This document shows positions 9,352-19,885 of a stretch of 64,000 nt of DNA, in pieces. Numbering within the stretch: position 1 is the stretch's first letter; each line of letters starts with the position of its first letter. The notes beneath the pieces were generated by a model. That model had not been told where the DNA came from and did no database searches. It saw nothing but the letters and a program-made list of their open reading frames with translations. The position numbers were made by a program, and so were the translations under genes. The stretch lies in contig DATNQO010000120.1 in the NCBI GenBank assembly GCA_036704005.1, positions 3,298 to 67,297 on the forward strand. The letters are read 5' to 3'. The stretch comes from Leptolyngbyaceae cyanobacterium (lineage in GTDB: Bacteria > Cyanobacteriota > Cyanobacteriia > Cyanobacteriales > Nostocaceae).

Positions 9352-11987
9352 AACTTCTGGAGAATGAATCCCTAAAAACCAAAGTGCTAACGGCTATACC
9401 TTGGAATCAACCCCCCCTCAATTGGCTTACTCCTGAGCAAAAAACCCGATTAGAAGAACGTTTAGAAATCCGTCGTTATCGACTAGGTGAAAAAATCTGG
9501 TCGAGTGAAGCGGGTGGTTATCAGTTTTTCATCGTCGATGGAAAGGTGCGCTTGCGGGACGAAGAAAGCGGTCAATCTCTATCAGCCTTACAAGTGGGAG
9601 ATTGGTTTGGTGATTTACAAAAGTTACCAGGAGAATACAAGGCTGTAGCCGCTAGTAAAGAAGTGATCTTGGCTTGTTGGGATACCCATTTGTGGGCGGA
9701 AATATCGACCCCAGCAATCGAAGATTTTTGGCTGGGATTGGTGAAACAGGAGAATATAGTAGTTGAAAATGAAGTAAAACCTTTTCAGCCTCCGGTTGTG
9801 CAACCATCTGTGATTGTTAAAGAACAGACACTAAGTCAGCCAGCTACTACGCCACTCACACACAGTTATCCTTTTGTTAGTAGTTGGAATACGGCGGCTG
9901 CTTGTTTAACAATGGCAGCACAACAGCTAGAAAATCCAGTGAACTTGGAATGGGTACAACGCCAACTGCGGGGACAAAATCCCAAACAAGTTGTGGAAGC
10001 TGGAGAAAAGTTAGGTTTAGTGTTGCGACGACTGCAAGTCAGTTGGGAGGAGTTGCGTCAGTTAACTTTCCCGGCTTTGTTAAGGTTGCAAGTTGAGTCT
10101 GTTCCTCAGCCTACTTGGGTTGTGGCTTATGGGATGAAAGGCGATCGCATAATTGTTGCTAATCCTTTAAATCCTGATAATCTTTGTGAAAGTCTACCAC
10201 AATCAGTATTGGAACAATGTTGGGATGGTCAGTTGTGGCAAGTAGAACTGATTTCTCGACAAGAAAAATTTAATTTAGGTTGGTTCATCCCAGCCGTTTG
10301 GAAATACCGCAAGCTATTAACAGAAGTATTAATAGCGTCTTTGACGTTGCAAGTGTTGGGTTTAGGCACACCGCTAATTACCCAGGTTGTGATCGATAAA
10401 GTCATGGTACAGGAGAGTTTACCCACTCTTGATGTCATGGCGATCGCACTTTTGTTAATAGCCATGTTTGAGTCTGTGTTGGGGATTCTGCGGTTATTTA
10501 TCTTTACCCATACAGCCAGACGTTTAGATTTAAGCTTATCAGCGCAATTATTCCGTCATTTGATGCGGCTACCCTTGGCTTATTTTGAGTCACGGCGTGT
10601 AGGTGACACAGTAGCCAGAGTGCAGGAACTAGAACAAATTCGTTCCTTTCTCACAGGTACAGCCTTAACAGTAATTTTAGATAGCATCTTTGCCGTAGTT
10701 TATTTGGCATTGATGTTTTATTACAATATTCCCTTGACCTTTGTAGCCTTGGCAGTGCTGCCCTTGTTTGCCACACTGACAATAGTTGCTACCCCAATTT
10801 TACGTAACTGGTTGAACGAAACCTTTAACCGTAGTGCTGATAGCCAATCGTTTTTAGTAGAAACAATTACAGGTATCCATTCTGTGAAAGCTCATGCAGC
10901 TGAAACAGTAGCACGCGATCGCTGGGAAGGCTTATTTGCTCGTTTCGTGCGTACTGGTTTCAAAGCTTCCACAACTTCCAACATTAGCAGTAACATTGGT
11001 GATTTCCTCACCAATTTTTCTTCCTTATTAATTTTGTGGTTTGGTGCAAAACTAGTCATCGACCATCAACTAACAATTGGGCAATTAGTAGCCTTTCAAA
11101 TGCTTTCCGGCAGAGTCACAGGGCCATTATTACGCCTAGTACAATTATGGCAAAATCTGCAACAAGTTCTACTTTCCGTAGACCGCATTGGTGATATTCT
11201 CAACGTAGCGCCAGAAGCAGAAATGGGGACGGGTTTAGTTTTACCACCCCTGAAAGGTCAAGTTAACTTTGAACAGGTATTTTTCCGCTACAAAGCTAAT
11301 ACCGAACCAGTGCTAAGAGGAATTTCCTTTAATGTAGAACCAGGGCAATTTGTCGGAATTGTTGGGCGTAGTGGTTCTGGGAAAAGTACCCTGTCTAAGT
11401 TACTACAAAGACTTTATCAAATTGAATCAGGACGTATTCTCATAGATGGTTTTGATATCAAAAGTGCAGATTTAGCTTCCTTGCGACAACAAATTGGCGT
11501 AGTTCTCCAAGAAGACTTTCTATTTAACGGTTCCATCTTAGAAAATATCACCCTTGGTAATCCCAATATTACCGCCGAGCAAGTAGTCGAAGCCGCTAGA
11601 CTAGCCGTAGCCCATGATTTTATCAGTCAATTACCCTACGGTTACGAAACTAATGTAGGAGAAAGAGGTACAGCATTATCTGGAGGACAGAGACAACGCA
11701 TTGCTTTAGCAAGATTATTCCTCTCTGACGCGCCGATTTTAATATTAGATGAAGCTACCAGTGCTTTAGATAGTGAAACCGAACAGCAAGTGTTGCAAAA
11801 TCTGCAAAAAATTTCCGCCAACCGGACTGTATTTCTCATCGCTCACCGCTTTGCACCCTTAAAACGAGCCGATTTAATTCTCGTTTTAGAAAAAGGTGTG
11901 ATTGCAGAACGGGGAAATCATACAGAACTCTTACAACAAAAAGGTTTGTATTGGTCACTATATCAACGCCAACAAGCAAATGTTTAA
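9300..11987 (+). CDS. ABC exporter with N-terminal cyclic-nucleotide-binding domain and C39-like (apparently non-catalytic) domain
   Basis: cNMP-type region YRLGEKIW...FFIVDGKVRL...VGDWFGDL, a C39-like region, six-helix TMD, Walker A GRSGSGKST, signature LSGGQRQR and Walker B ILILDEATS. Start is uncertain: ATG 9300 overlaps the upstream gene by 52 nt, and an in-frame GTG lies at 9384. Confidence 0.85.
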   Translation: MVSRENSKADGEITSELKLLENESLKTKVLTAIPWNQPPLNWLTPEQKTRLEERLEIRRYRLGEKIWSSEAGGYQFFIVDGKVRLRDEESGQSLSALQVGDWFGDLQKLPGEYKAVAASKEVILACWDTHLWAEISTPAIEDFWLGLVKQENIVVENEVKPFQPPVVQPSVIVKEQTLSQPATTPLTHSYPFVSSWNTAAACLTMAAQQLENPVNLEWVQRQLRGQNPKQVVEAGEKLGLVLRRLQVSWEELRQLTFPALLRLQVESVPQPTWVVAYGMKGDRIIVANPLNPDNLCESLPQSVLEQCWDGQLWQVELISRQEKFNLGWFIPAVWKYRKLLTEVLIASLTLQVLGLGTPLITQVVIDKVMVQESLPTLDVMAIALLLIAMFESVLGILRLFIFTHTARRLDLSLSAQLFRHLMRLPLAYFESRRVGDTVARVQELEQIRSFLTGTALTVILDSIFAVVYLALMFYYNIPLTFVALAVLPLFATLTIVATPILRNWLNETFNRSADSQSFLVETITGIHSVKAHAAETVARDRWEGLFARFVRTGFKASTTSNISSNIGDFLTNFSSLLILWFGAKLVIDHQLTIGQLVAFQMLSGRVTGPLLRLVQLWQNLQQVLLSVDRIGDILNVAPEAEMGTGLVLPPLKGQVNFEQVFFRYKANTEPVLRGISFNVEPGQFVGIVGRSGSGKSTLSKLLQRLYQIESGRILIDGFDIKSADLASLRQQIGVVLQEDFLFNGSILENITLGNPNITAEQVVEAARLAVAHDFISQLPYGYETNVGERGTALSGGQRQRIALARLFLSDAPILILDEATSALDSETEQQVLQNLQKISANRTVFLIAHRFAPLKRADLILVLEKGVIAERGNHTELLQQKGLYWSLYQRQQANV

Positions 11988-12084
11988 TAATTTCGGTTAG
12001 GAAAGGAACTAGGGCTTGTTTTCCAAGTCTTTAAATACCTCCTAACCGCCCTTAAAATTAGGTAATAGGTAATTGTCTGTTACT

Positions 12085-12149
12085 ATTACCCATTACCTAT
12101 TACCAACCCCAAGATAGGATAAGTGTTTAAGCGGACATAATATAATATC
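12085..12149. repeat. dispersed repeat (second copy at 54898-54955)
   Basis: Shared core TTACCCATTA..AACCCCAAGATA..ATAAGTGTTTAAGC..ACAT.ATAT in the same orientation at both loci. Confidence 0.7.
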
Positions 12150-12153
12150 TCAC

Positions 12154-13347
12154 CTAAGATTCTACTGTTGATGTAACTCCATCTATCTGTAGCACGAAGC
12201 ACATTTTACCCGCAGCTATATTTAAACTGAGGGCAATTACTCCAGCAACGAAACGGTCGAAGTTAAATGTAAAACCAAGTTCTTGAGCAAGTGCTGGTAA
12301 ACCAAAGTAAATCATAAAAATCTGTACTATTAAAGGCGTTCCCCGGAAAAAATCTACATAAACCCTAGCTAACAAACGCCCTGGAAGAAAGCGAGAAAGG
12401 CGGAAAAGGGCTATTAAAGTACCAGTTATTAAACCTAATACCGCAGATAAAATTGTCAGTTGTAGGGTAACTAATGCGCCTTGCAATAAAATCGGGAGGA
12501 ACGGCAAAATCAGATTAGGTAAGGTAGATTTATCAGCATTATTTGGATTTTCGTATGGTGATTTCGCTGGTAATGAAGCTGGAGGAGCTACTTTAAACCA
12601 TTTTTGATAAATTTGCGAATATGAGCCATTTGCTAAAACCTGATTTAAACCATCGTTAATTAGTTGTAAATTAGGGGAATTTTTGGCTGTGGCAATGCCA
12701 TAATATTCTTCTGTAAGTAATTTTTCAACAACTTTAATTCCTTGCAGATTACCTGTATTAATGGCGTACAAAGTTACAGGCGCATCATTAATAACTGCGT
12801 CTACATTACCGTTGACTAGTTCTTGCAAGGCTAGGGGTGCAGAATCAAAACTGCGAATTTGTACCCCAGGAATAGTTTTGGCTTTGTCTGCGCCAGTTGT
12901 GCCAATTTGGACGGCAATTTTTTTATTTTTGAGGCTGTCAAAACCTGTAATATTTTGATTATCGGCGCGAATGGCGATCGCTAATCCTGCTTTAAAATAG
13001 GGACGAGAGAAAGCCACCGTCTGGGAACGTTCGGCGGTGATGGTGATGGAACTAATCGCCGCATCTACGGTTTTGCTTTGCAAGGCTGGAATTATACCAT
13101 CAAAAGGTAGACTTTGGAAATCTATTTTAAAACTAGCAGCAGTGGCGATCGCATTCATCAAGTCAATGGAAAAACCCTGTAAATTACCACCTTGTCCGGT
13201 AAACTCAAAAGGTGGAAAAGCAGGTTCTGTAGATATTCGCAGAGTCTTCCCCCGATTAAGATTACCACTACAAGCTGTCAGTAACAAACAACTTAAGCCA
13301 ATCACCAGACACCCGCATAACCAATGCCTAAAAACCGATTTAGTCAT
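12154..13347 (-). pseudogene. amino-acid ABC transporter, fused lipoprotein substrate-binding domain + permease (BgtB/GlnH-GlnP-like), 3'-truncated
   Basis: Lipobox LLTAC, a periplasmic-binding domain, then a permease domain that stops after ...FFRGTPLIVQIFMIYFGLP...ALSLNIAAG. The expected AY.AE...EAA-loop half is missing and replaced by an unrelated 17-aa tail. Confidence 0.6.
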
Positions 13348-13447
13348 CTCATCCTTCCCTTATGATCACAATTAACTTTAAAGGTTAACTGTTGACGGTT
13401 GACGGTTGACGGTTGACGGTATAACGGGTTATGCAATACATCATCGG

Positions 13448-13648
13448 TTAAAGATATTCGCGCAAGAAATCGAAGGGATCGTCTTCCCAACAAGGTTCGG
13501 GTATCATCAACAGCAAATTCCTATTGATGTCTGTTTCGATTTCATCAATGTCTTCTCTGTCAAACATTTCCAATAAAACTTTCCAGTCGCGTTCTTTCAA
13601 AGAAGTAAATATTGGCGCGTATATCTGTGGATTGACCGGATAATTCAC
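13448..13648 (-). CDS. small acidic hypothetical protein
   Basis: 66-aa ORF with non-repetitive sequence in its own spacer. No family recognised. Confidence 0.4.
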   Translation of the reverse strand: MNYPVNPQIYAPIFTSLKERDWKVLLEMFDREDIDEIETDINRNLLLMIPEPCWEDDPFDFLREYL

Positions 13649-13740
13649 AGGCTAAATTTCAGTTAATGAATGCAGAAAATGGGTGTTAGACTGGCAAATA
13701 CTTCTAATATATCTTAAATCAGAATATTTGTAAATATGTA

Positions 13741-13890
13741 ATAGTCAATAGTCATTAGTCATTAGTCAATAGTCATTAGTCAATAGTCAATAGTCAATAG
13801 TCATTAGTCATTAGTCATTAGTCATTAGCAACTGACAACTGTCACCTGTCACCTGTCACCTGTCACCTGTCAACTGTCAACTGTCAACTG
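13741..13890. repeat. long composite STRR arrays (AGTCAAT/AGTCATT units, then CACCTGT/CAACTGT units)
   Basis: About 150 nt of tandem heptamers read directly. Confidence 0.9.
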
Positions 13891-14580
13891 TCAACCGTCA
13901 ACTATTTCCACCCCAAACACCTCTGCAAAAGCCTCGACAACATGACCTCTGACTTCTTGAGTGGTAATTCCTGGTATCCATTCAATTAAACTACCTACGG
14001 GCTTATCAGCAATACCACAGGGAACGATTCGCTCAAACCCTGTCATATCGGGACAGACATTTAAAGCGAAGCCGTGCATAGTAATCCAACGGCTAACTTT
14101 AATGCCGATCGCTGCAACTTTTCGCCCTTCTAACCAAACTCCAGTTAGAGGTGGTGTGCGATCGCCTTTTAACCCGTAAACTGCAAGTACACGGATGATT
14201 ACTTCTTCTAATTGTCGCAAATACCAATGTAAATCCTTGCAATGGCGATGCAGATTTAAAATCGGATACCCTACTAATTGACCGGGACAGTGGTAAGTAA
14301 CTTCACCACCACGTTCGATTCTATGTATCTCAAACTCACTGTGGTTAGGGTCAAATTTGAGAAAGTCCAAACTGCTGCCCTGCCCTAATGTATAGACTGG
14401 GGGATGTTCCAATAAGATTAGCACATCATCTAGATTAGGGTTATCGATGCGTTGGCGCAAGAGCGATCGCTGCCATGCGTGAGCCTCTAAGTATGGCATC
14501 AATCCTTTGTTATATAACAAACAACTTTTTACCGGGGATTCATTACTATGGATCATGCCAAAAATCAACTGAGTTAACAA
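13891..14580 (-). CDS. lipB: octanoyltransferase (lipoyl(octanoyl) transferase)
   Basis: Motifs [19 protein letters not shown] and [22 protein letters not shown]. The true start may be an internal Met. Confidence 0.9.
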   Translation of the reverse strand: MLTQLIFGMIHSNESPVKSCLLYNKGLMPYLEAHAWQRSLLRQRIDNPNLDDVLILLEHPPVYTLGQGSSLDFLKFDPNHSEFEIHRIERGGEVTYHCPGQLVGYPILNLHRHCKDLHWYLRQLEEVIIRVLAVYGLKGDRTPPLTGVWLEGRKVAAIGIKVSRWITMHGFALNVCPDMTGFERIVPCGIADKPVGSLIEWIPGITTQEVRGHVVEAFAEVFGVEIVDG

Positions 14581-15151
14581 CTAAATATATTTCAACTAAC
14601 ACAACTTAGTAATGCGAAATTGTCAAGCTTTGCAAAGGATTTTAAAGGAACATAAAGGGAAGCAACCATAGGAAAAACAAAGTGCTAGTTTGAATATATA
14701 ACCACATCAGGTGTTGGGAGGAATTCTCTACAATAAGCATCACGCCAAGTTCAGAGGAACAAATACACTGGCTGATGAATCTAAAATGAGTTGTTTGCAT
14801 CTACGGAACTTGTGTAATCCCTTAACAATGAGCAAAACCTCTTTTAACAGACCATAAGTAACTACTAACAGTTATATAAAGTTTGTGTTGATGAAGAAGG
14901 AAGTCAAAACAGTGATTGCTCACACTACCTTAATTGAGAAAGATATGCGCTCATCCAATTGCCTAGCAAACAGTTGGTATCGCATTTAGGTAGTAATATC
15001 ACAAGCAAGATGTAAAAAGCTTAAAGAAAGCAAGCTAGAAGTATATAAAAAAGTTCACAAGATGGTGCTGGTGCAATAAATATAACTTACCGCAATCTCT
15101 TTTCATACAAAAACTACATCAAATATTGTGCTATCGAGCGGGAGAGTTTAC

Positions 15152-15805
15152 ATGAAGCTTGTCATCCACGGCAAAAATATAGAAATTACCGATGCGATTC
15201 GAGAATATGTGCATCAAAAAATTGAAAAGGCAGTTAGTCACTTTCAGAACATCACAAACGAAGTGGATGTCCATTTAAGCGTGGCTCGCAATCCCCGAAT
15301 TAATCCCAAGCAAGCGGCGGAAGTCACCATCTTTGCAAATGGTAGCGTGATCCGCGCCGAGGAGAGCAGCGAAAATTTATATGCAAGTATTGACTTAGTA
15401 GCAGACAAGATTTCCCGACAATTACGTAAATACAAAGAAAGACGAATAGATAAGAAAACTCAAGCGCAACCAACTACCGAAGCCATTGTACCAGAACCAG
15501 TAGTTGCAAATTTAATAGGCGATCGCACTCCCGAACTCCCCCAAGAAGTCGTCCGCACCAAATACTTTTCTATGCCCCCGATGACAGTTGCCGAAGCCTT
15601 AGAGCAACTGCAACTAGTAGGGCATGATTTTTATATGTTCCACAACGCTGAAACAGGAGAAATTAACGTCATTTACGAACGCAACCACGGCGGCTACGGT
15701 GTAATTCAGCCCCGCAATAACAACGGACACACCAACGGACACACCAACGGTAAAAATGGCAAAGCCCATCATATCGTGATGCCCGAAAAGTCTCATAGTA
15801 AGTGA
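15152..15805 (+). CDS. hpf: ribosome hibernation-promoting factor, long form (LrtA-like)
   Basis: [20 protein letters not shown]... N-domain plus C-terminal dimerisation domain [29 protein letters not shown]...[21 protein letters not shown] lies 6 nt upstream of ATG 15152. Confidence 0.9.
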   Translation: MKLVIHGKNIEITDAIREYVHQKIEKAVSHFQNITNEVDVHLSVARNPRINPKQAAEVTIFANGSVIRAEESSENLYASIDLVADKISRQLRKYKERRIDKKTQAQPTTEAIVPEPVVANLIGDRTPELPQEVVRTKYFSMPPMTVAEALEQLQLVGHDFYMFHNAETGEINVIYERNHGGYGVIQPRNNNGHTNGHTNGKNGKAHHIVMPEKSHSK

Positions 15806-16161
15806 CGTTGCTGAAATAAGGGTGATTCTTGTGGGATAGGCATCATCAGCGCCTTGGGAATACAAAGGACGGGCAAAATGCCCATCCCACAAAACTTTCT
15901 ACATCATCCCACAAATATGCAGCTTTGCCCCTGGACATCTGGTAGAAATTTTCTTGAAGATGTAAAATTCACTATGAAAGACTAGCTTGATATAGCGAAT
16001 TCATCACATTCATCTCGCCGATTTATTCAAAAAGTCGGACAGATGAATTAGGGCATCGTTTTCACATCATGGATGAATAGTCTAGTTGAAAAGTAATATT
16101 TTTCCACCAGATTTTAGTAACTTAATAGCTACTAATTCTCGATTTTAGGTAAATAACAGGT

Positions 16162-16335
16162 TTAAAAATCTTCCCAATCCGAAGGGAACTTGAAAGTGTA
16201 AATCTGAGGAGGATTATTTACAGGAGGAGTAGCTGGAGGCTCAGTTGGCTGTTCAGATGAAGATTGCTCTTCTAAAAAACGAGCAAAAAATGGTACTTCT
16301 GTGGTACTTGATGCTATTAGTGTATTTGTAGACAT
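16162..16335 (-). CDS. microviridin-type RiPP precursor peptide (MdnA/MvdE-like)
   Basis: 57 aa from ATG 16335 (AAGAGGGGA Shine-Dalgarno upstream). Leader contains PFFARFL. The C-terminal core YTFKFPSDWEDF fits the microviridin TxKxPSDW[ED][ED][FYW] pattern and ends at the stop codon. Confidence 0.8.
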   Translation of the reverse strand: MSTNTLIASSTTEVPFFARFLEEQSSSEQPTEPPATPPVNNPPQIYTFKFPSDWEDF

Positions 16336-16800
16336 AATATCCCCTCTTAGGAAATATGTGTTAAACATACTCAAGCATATCAATAATTACCTAAAATCAC
16401 AAGAAAAACAAACAATTTGGTTAGTAAGTATTCAAAAAATCATGTACTATTAAAAACTGTTTATTTGGTAAATAAATAGTACTAAAATATCATATATTTT
16501 TACATTATCAAGCAATTATAACACCAATTCAATAATATAGTCAAAAACAAATAAACCTTGTTTTAAGAGGCTGTTTGAAAAGTGATTTGCTGTGATATTA
16601 GACCTATTGCATAAGTAGTTCTCATCGGTGTTCATTCCTTCTCTACGTTCCCTACGGGACGCTCCGCATTTCAAGTACCTAAAGGCGCGAGGAGTGTCAA
16701 CTCAGGACTTACGCATCAAAGTTTTCTGTTGAGGCAGGGTGTAAGGGTTTTCAAGATTTACACCCCTACACCCTTGATTTTTCTTTAAAGTCCCGCTAAC

Positions 16801-16840
16801 AAAACAACCCGCCCACGCCATCAAATGAGACGTGGACGGG
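16801..16840 (-). terminator. rho-independent terminator candidate for the 16887-17942 gene
   Basis: 10-bp stem (CCCGCCCACG / CGTGGACGGG, one mismatch), followed on the minus strand by TTGTTTTGTT. Confidence 0.6.
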
Positions 16841-16886
16841 AAATGTTCAACTATGGGTATCTACCCGCGCTTAATTAGAGGCGATA

Positions 16887-17942
16887 TTACACACCTGCGC
16901 CGCTAGCTTGACCTGCTAATCTTTGTTGAACCTTGCTCTTAGCAGCTTTAAACTCAGTAGCTAGTTGCTCACTTTGCTCGCTGCTGAGGTTGTTACGAAT
17001 AGCAGCAAACAAGGTGCTTTCTTCTTGACGAACGTGATCCATCACGACATCAGCCAAGTCTTTAATTCTATCTTTGATTTCAGGATTAGATGGGCTGATA
17101 GCCTTGATTTGCTCTAACCGACGCTTCATGTCAGCTTGTTCGTCATACAGTTCTTGGGTATCACTTTGACCGTAGAAAGAACGCACTCTGGGATATAGTA
17201 CTTCTTCTTCTGCTTCAGCGTGAGCGGTTAGATCCTTGTAGAGTTGACCGAAGTACTCTTGGATTTTTTGAGGATTGTTACTTTGGGCAATTTCTGTGAA
17301 CAGGACATTTACTTTGTTGTGATCCAGACGCAGAACGTCTTGGATGTTCATGTCTTGCTTATCAGAACCTTGGGTAACGGCGCTACCTACTGCACCACTG
17401 AAGGCGGCGATCGCATCTTGAACTCGTCCCCAAATACCTTGATCTGCGTCTTGTCCGGTGAGTTCACGCACACCCAAAATTTCTAAAATACCTTTGAGTT
17501 GTTCTTGGTGAGCGCGGTTCTCAAAGTTAACAGCGTTTAAGGGGCCGATGGCTGCTAATATGTCAGCGCCTACTTTTTGGGCTGCTTTGTGAACCAGCAA
17601 ACCGCTCATTACTTGTTGGTGTTTGAGCAACTCGTGCTTAGATACTTTTTCAAAGAAGCTGAGTTGAGAACCTTGCATCAATTGGCGAATTTGGTCAACC
17701 ATTTCGGTGACTGTTTGTCTTGGTTGTTGGGGAACACCATATTGAACGATAACAGTTTCTATGATGCCCAAATTCTTACGGTCATCTTCGAGGAAATCGC
17801 GAAGTCTTCTAGAGATTTCATCATCAGTTGTTTCTCTGAGAAACCTTTCCTCATTCTCAATAATCAACTGTTGAAGTAGTTTTACATCTGCTAATTTTAC
17901 ACCGATAGCATTACGTTTTGCATCATCTAAAGTTGATACCAT
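16887..17942 (-). CDS. hemerythrin-like (HHE cation-binding) domain protein with helical N-domain
   Basis: 351-aa ORF. The C-terminal half has H...E/H..E spacing (LRLDHNKVNVLF, HAEAEEEVLYP, MDHVRQEESTLF) typical of hemerythrin-like domains. Confidence 0.5.
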   Translation of the reverse strand: MVSTLDDAKRNAIGVKLADVKLLQQLIIENEERFLRETTDDEISRRLRDFLEDDRKNLGIIETVIVQYGVPQQPRQTVTEMVDQIRQLMQGSQLSFFEKVSKHELLKHQQVMSGLLVHKAAQKVGADILAAIGPLNAVNFENRAHQEQLKGILEILGVRELTGQDADQGIWGRVQDAIAAFSGAVGSAVTQGSDKQDMNIQDVLRLDHNKVNVLFTEIAQSNNPQKIQEYFGQLYKDLTAHAEAEEEVLYPRVRSFYGQSDTQELYDEQADMKRRLEQIKAISPSNPEIKDRIKDLADVVMDHVRQEESTLFAAIRNNLSSEQSEQLATEFKAAKSKVQQRLAGQASGAGV

Positions 17943-18205
17943 TCTGAAGTTCTCCTCAAGGAAAGTAGTCGGATTTTTAACTAATCTCAGGTTGACATAA
18001 TTGTTTGTGGTCTTTCCTCCTTCTTTTGAGCGATTAACTAGCTAACTCAGGATAGAAAACAAATATTTTTTTTATAGAAATAAACAGTTCTACTTTTAGA
18101 TGTACAAACATTCAATAATTACTCCATCTATAGATAGATAATTTTTTTATTTGACTTGTTTAAATTGACTCAAAGATATTTAATTTTATTGGAGATTTAT
18201 TGATA

Positions 18206-18952
18206 ATGCCGGAAACCCCCGGATTAGGAGAACAGGCGCTAAATAAAGCGGCAGAGATCGGGTTATCTAGCCAGTTAGATGAAGTCGAAAATCTTGATGT
18301 AGATATCAAAACCGATCCACTGAAAATAGTCCAGGGACAGGTGGATACGGTCAAGATTGACGGTACAGGTTTGGTAATGCAGAAAGACCTCCGTGTAGAG
18401 TCAATGCAAATGCAGGTCAATAATGTTGCCATTAATCCTTTAAGTGCAGCCTTTGGCAAAATTGAACTGACCAAACCCACAGTTGGTAGTGCGCGGGTTG
18501 TTTTAACAGAATCTGACATTAACCGCGCCTTCAATTCTGAATTTGTGATTGCCAAAATTCAAAGCCAGAAAATACATATTAATGGGCAGTTGAAAACTGT
18601 TAAGCCTCAACAAATAGACTTCCGCTTACCAGGTGAAGAAAAAGTAGCAATCAATGCTGACATTCTGTTAGTAGAAAATAACGAAACTCACAAAGTTGCC
18701 TTCACCGCCGTACCGCAAATTAATGCTAATGGCACATCTGTGTCACTGGAAAATGTTACCTACGGCGAAGAAGCAGAAATTTCACCAGAATTAACACAAA
18801 AGTTCGTAGAACAAACTAGTGAAATTTTAAACTTAAGCAACTTTGATTTAGAAGGTATGAGTTTGCGACTAAAGCGACTACAGGTAGAAACAGGCAAACT
18901 CACCCTGCAAGCGGAAGCTTATGTAGAACAAATTCCCTCAAGTAATAACTAG
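18206..18952 (+). CDS. DUF2993-like (LmeA-type) protein
   Basis: About 248 aa. GGAG lies 11 nt upstream of ATG 18206. The repeated beta-rich pattern resembles the DUF2993 family; assignment is tentative. Confidence 0.45.
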   Translation: MPETPGLGEQALNKAAEIGLSSQLDEVENLDVDIKTDPLKIVQGQVDTVKIDGTGLVMQKDLRVESMQMQVNNVAINPLSAAFGKIELTKPTVGSARVVLTESDINRAFNSEFVIAKIQSQKIHINGQLKTVKPQQIDFRLPGEEKVAINADILLVENNETHKVAFTAVPQINANGTSVSLENVTYGEEAEISPELTQKFVEQTSEILNLSNFDLEGMSLRLKRLQVETGKLTLQAEAYVEQIPSSNN

Positions 18953-18966
18953 TAGGATATTTAATT

Positions 18967-19527
18967 ATGGAAACCACAGATACAACTACTACAGGTTCCT
19001 CTGCTTCCTCTCCATTTCCGAATATTCCGCCAATTATTGAAACAGACGATCGCGAATATAGTGATACAGGTGTACCAAGTACAGTGGCGATCGCCGGACA
19101 CCCCCTCCACCCCCTCAGCGTGATTTTCCCTATCGCCTTCCTAGCCGCCGCCTTGGGTAGCGACTTCGGTTACTGGCTAACCCGCGATTACTTCTGGGCT
19201 AGGGCTTCTATCTGGCTAATTGGCTTAGGTTTAGGAGGCGGACTCATCGCCGCCGCCATAGGCTTAAGCGACTTCTTAAAAATTGAACGTGTCCGCAAAC
19301 GTAACGCCGGTTGGGTGCATTTAATTCTCAATGTGTCCATCCTCGTTTTGACACTAGTAAACTTCCTTGTCCGCTTGGGTAATATTGACGGCAGAATCTT
19401 ACCTTGGGGACTATTAATCTCTCTAGTTGTTGGTACTCTAACTAGCGCTTCTGGCTGGTTCGGTGCAGAACTTTCCTATCGCCACAAAATCGGCGTAGTA
19501 GGCGCTGGTAGTAAGAGATATCCCTAG
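18967..19527 (+). CDS. DUF2231-like membrane protein
   Basis: 186 aa with four hydrophobic helices and a GHPLHP motif before TM1. Confidence 0.5.
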   Translation: METTDTTTTGSSASSPFPNIPPIIETDDREYSDTGVPSTVAIAGHPLHPLSVIFPIAFLAAALGSDFGYWLTRDYFWARASIWLIGLGLGGGLIAAAIGLSDFLKIERVRKRNAGWVHLILNVSILVLTLVNFLVRLGNIDGRILPWGLLISLVVGTLTSASGWFGAELSYRHKIGVVGAGSKRYP

Positions 19528-19885
19528 TTAGGGGTGTATACTTCCCTTCGGGACGCTACGCGTAGCTTGCTTCCACGGAGTGGTACGACTGCGCTCAGTA
19601 ACCGGGTATAGGGGTATAGGGGTGTAAGGGAAAAATTACTGCTTCATACTCCCTTTCTCTGACAAAGGCTAAAATCTAGCGTAGTTTTTAGCCTGAATAA
19701 ATGAATTATCGACACTCTCAGACAAGAACCATCTTCCTATCGCTACTCATCATGGTAGTGATGGGATTTTTGTTTAAGAATAATAACAGCCCTGCTCATC
19801 AATAGTTGAATACAGCACTTTTCACTTTGATGAGGTACATTCATCTAGCCTCTAAGCGCTAGTCTCTAGCCTCTCTCCCTATATT

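Noticed and set aside
9300-11987. Naming the ABC exporter hetC because a HetP-family gene is in the window
   Set aside because: In Anabaena, hetC and hetP are adjacent, whereas here the HetP-like gene is about 29 kb away. This exporter also has an N-terminal cNMP domain, so orthology cannot be asserted from the sequence alone.
19701-19805. 34-codon ORF MNYRHSQTRTIFLSLLIMVVMGFLFKNNNSPAHQ with one hydrophobic helix
   Set aside because: There is no clear Shine-Dalgarno and I recognise no family. It may be real, but the evidence is too thin to call.
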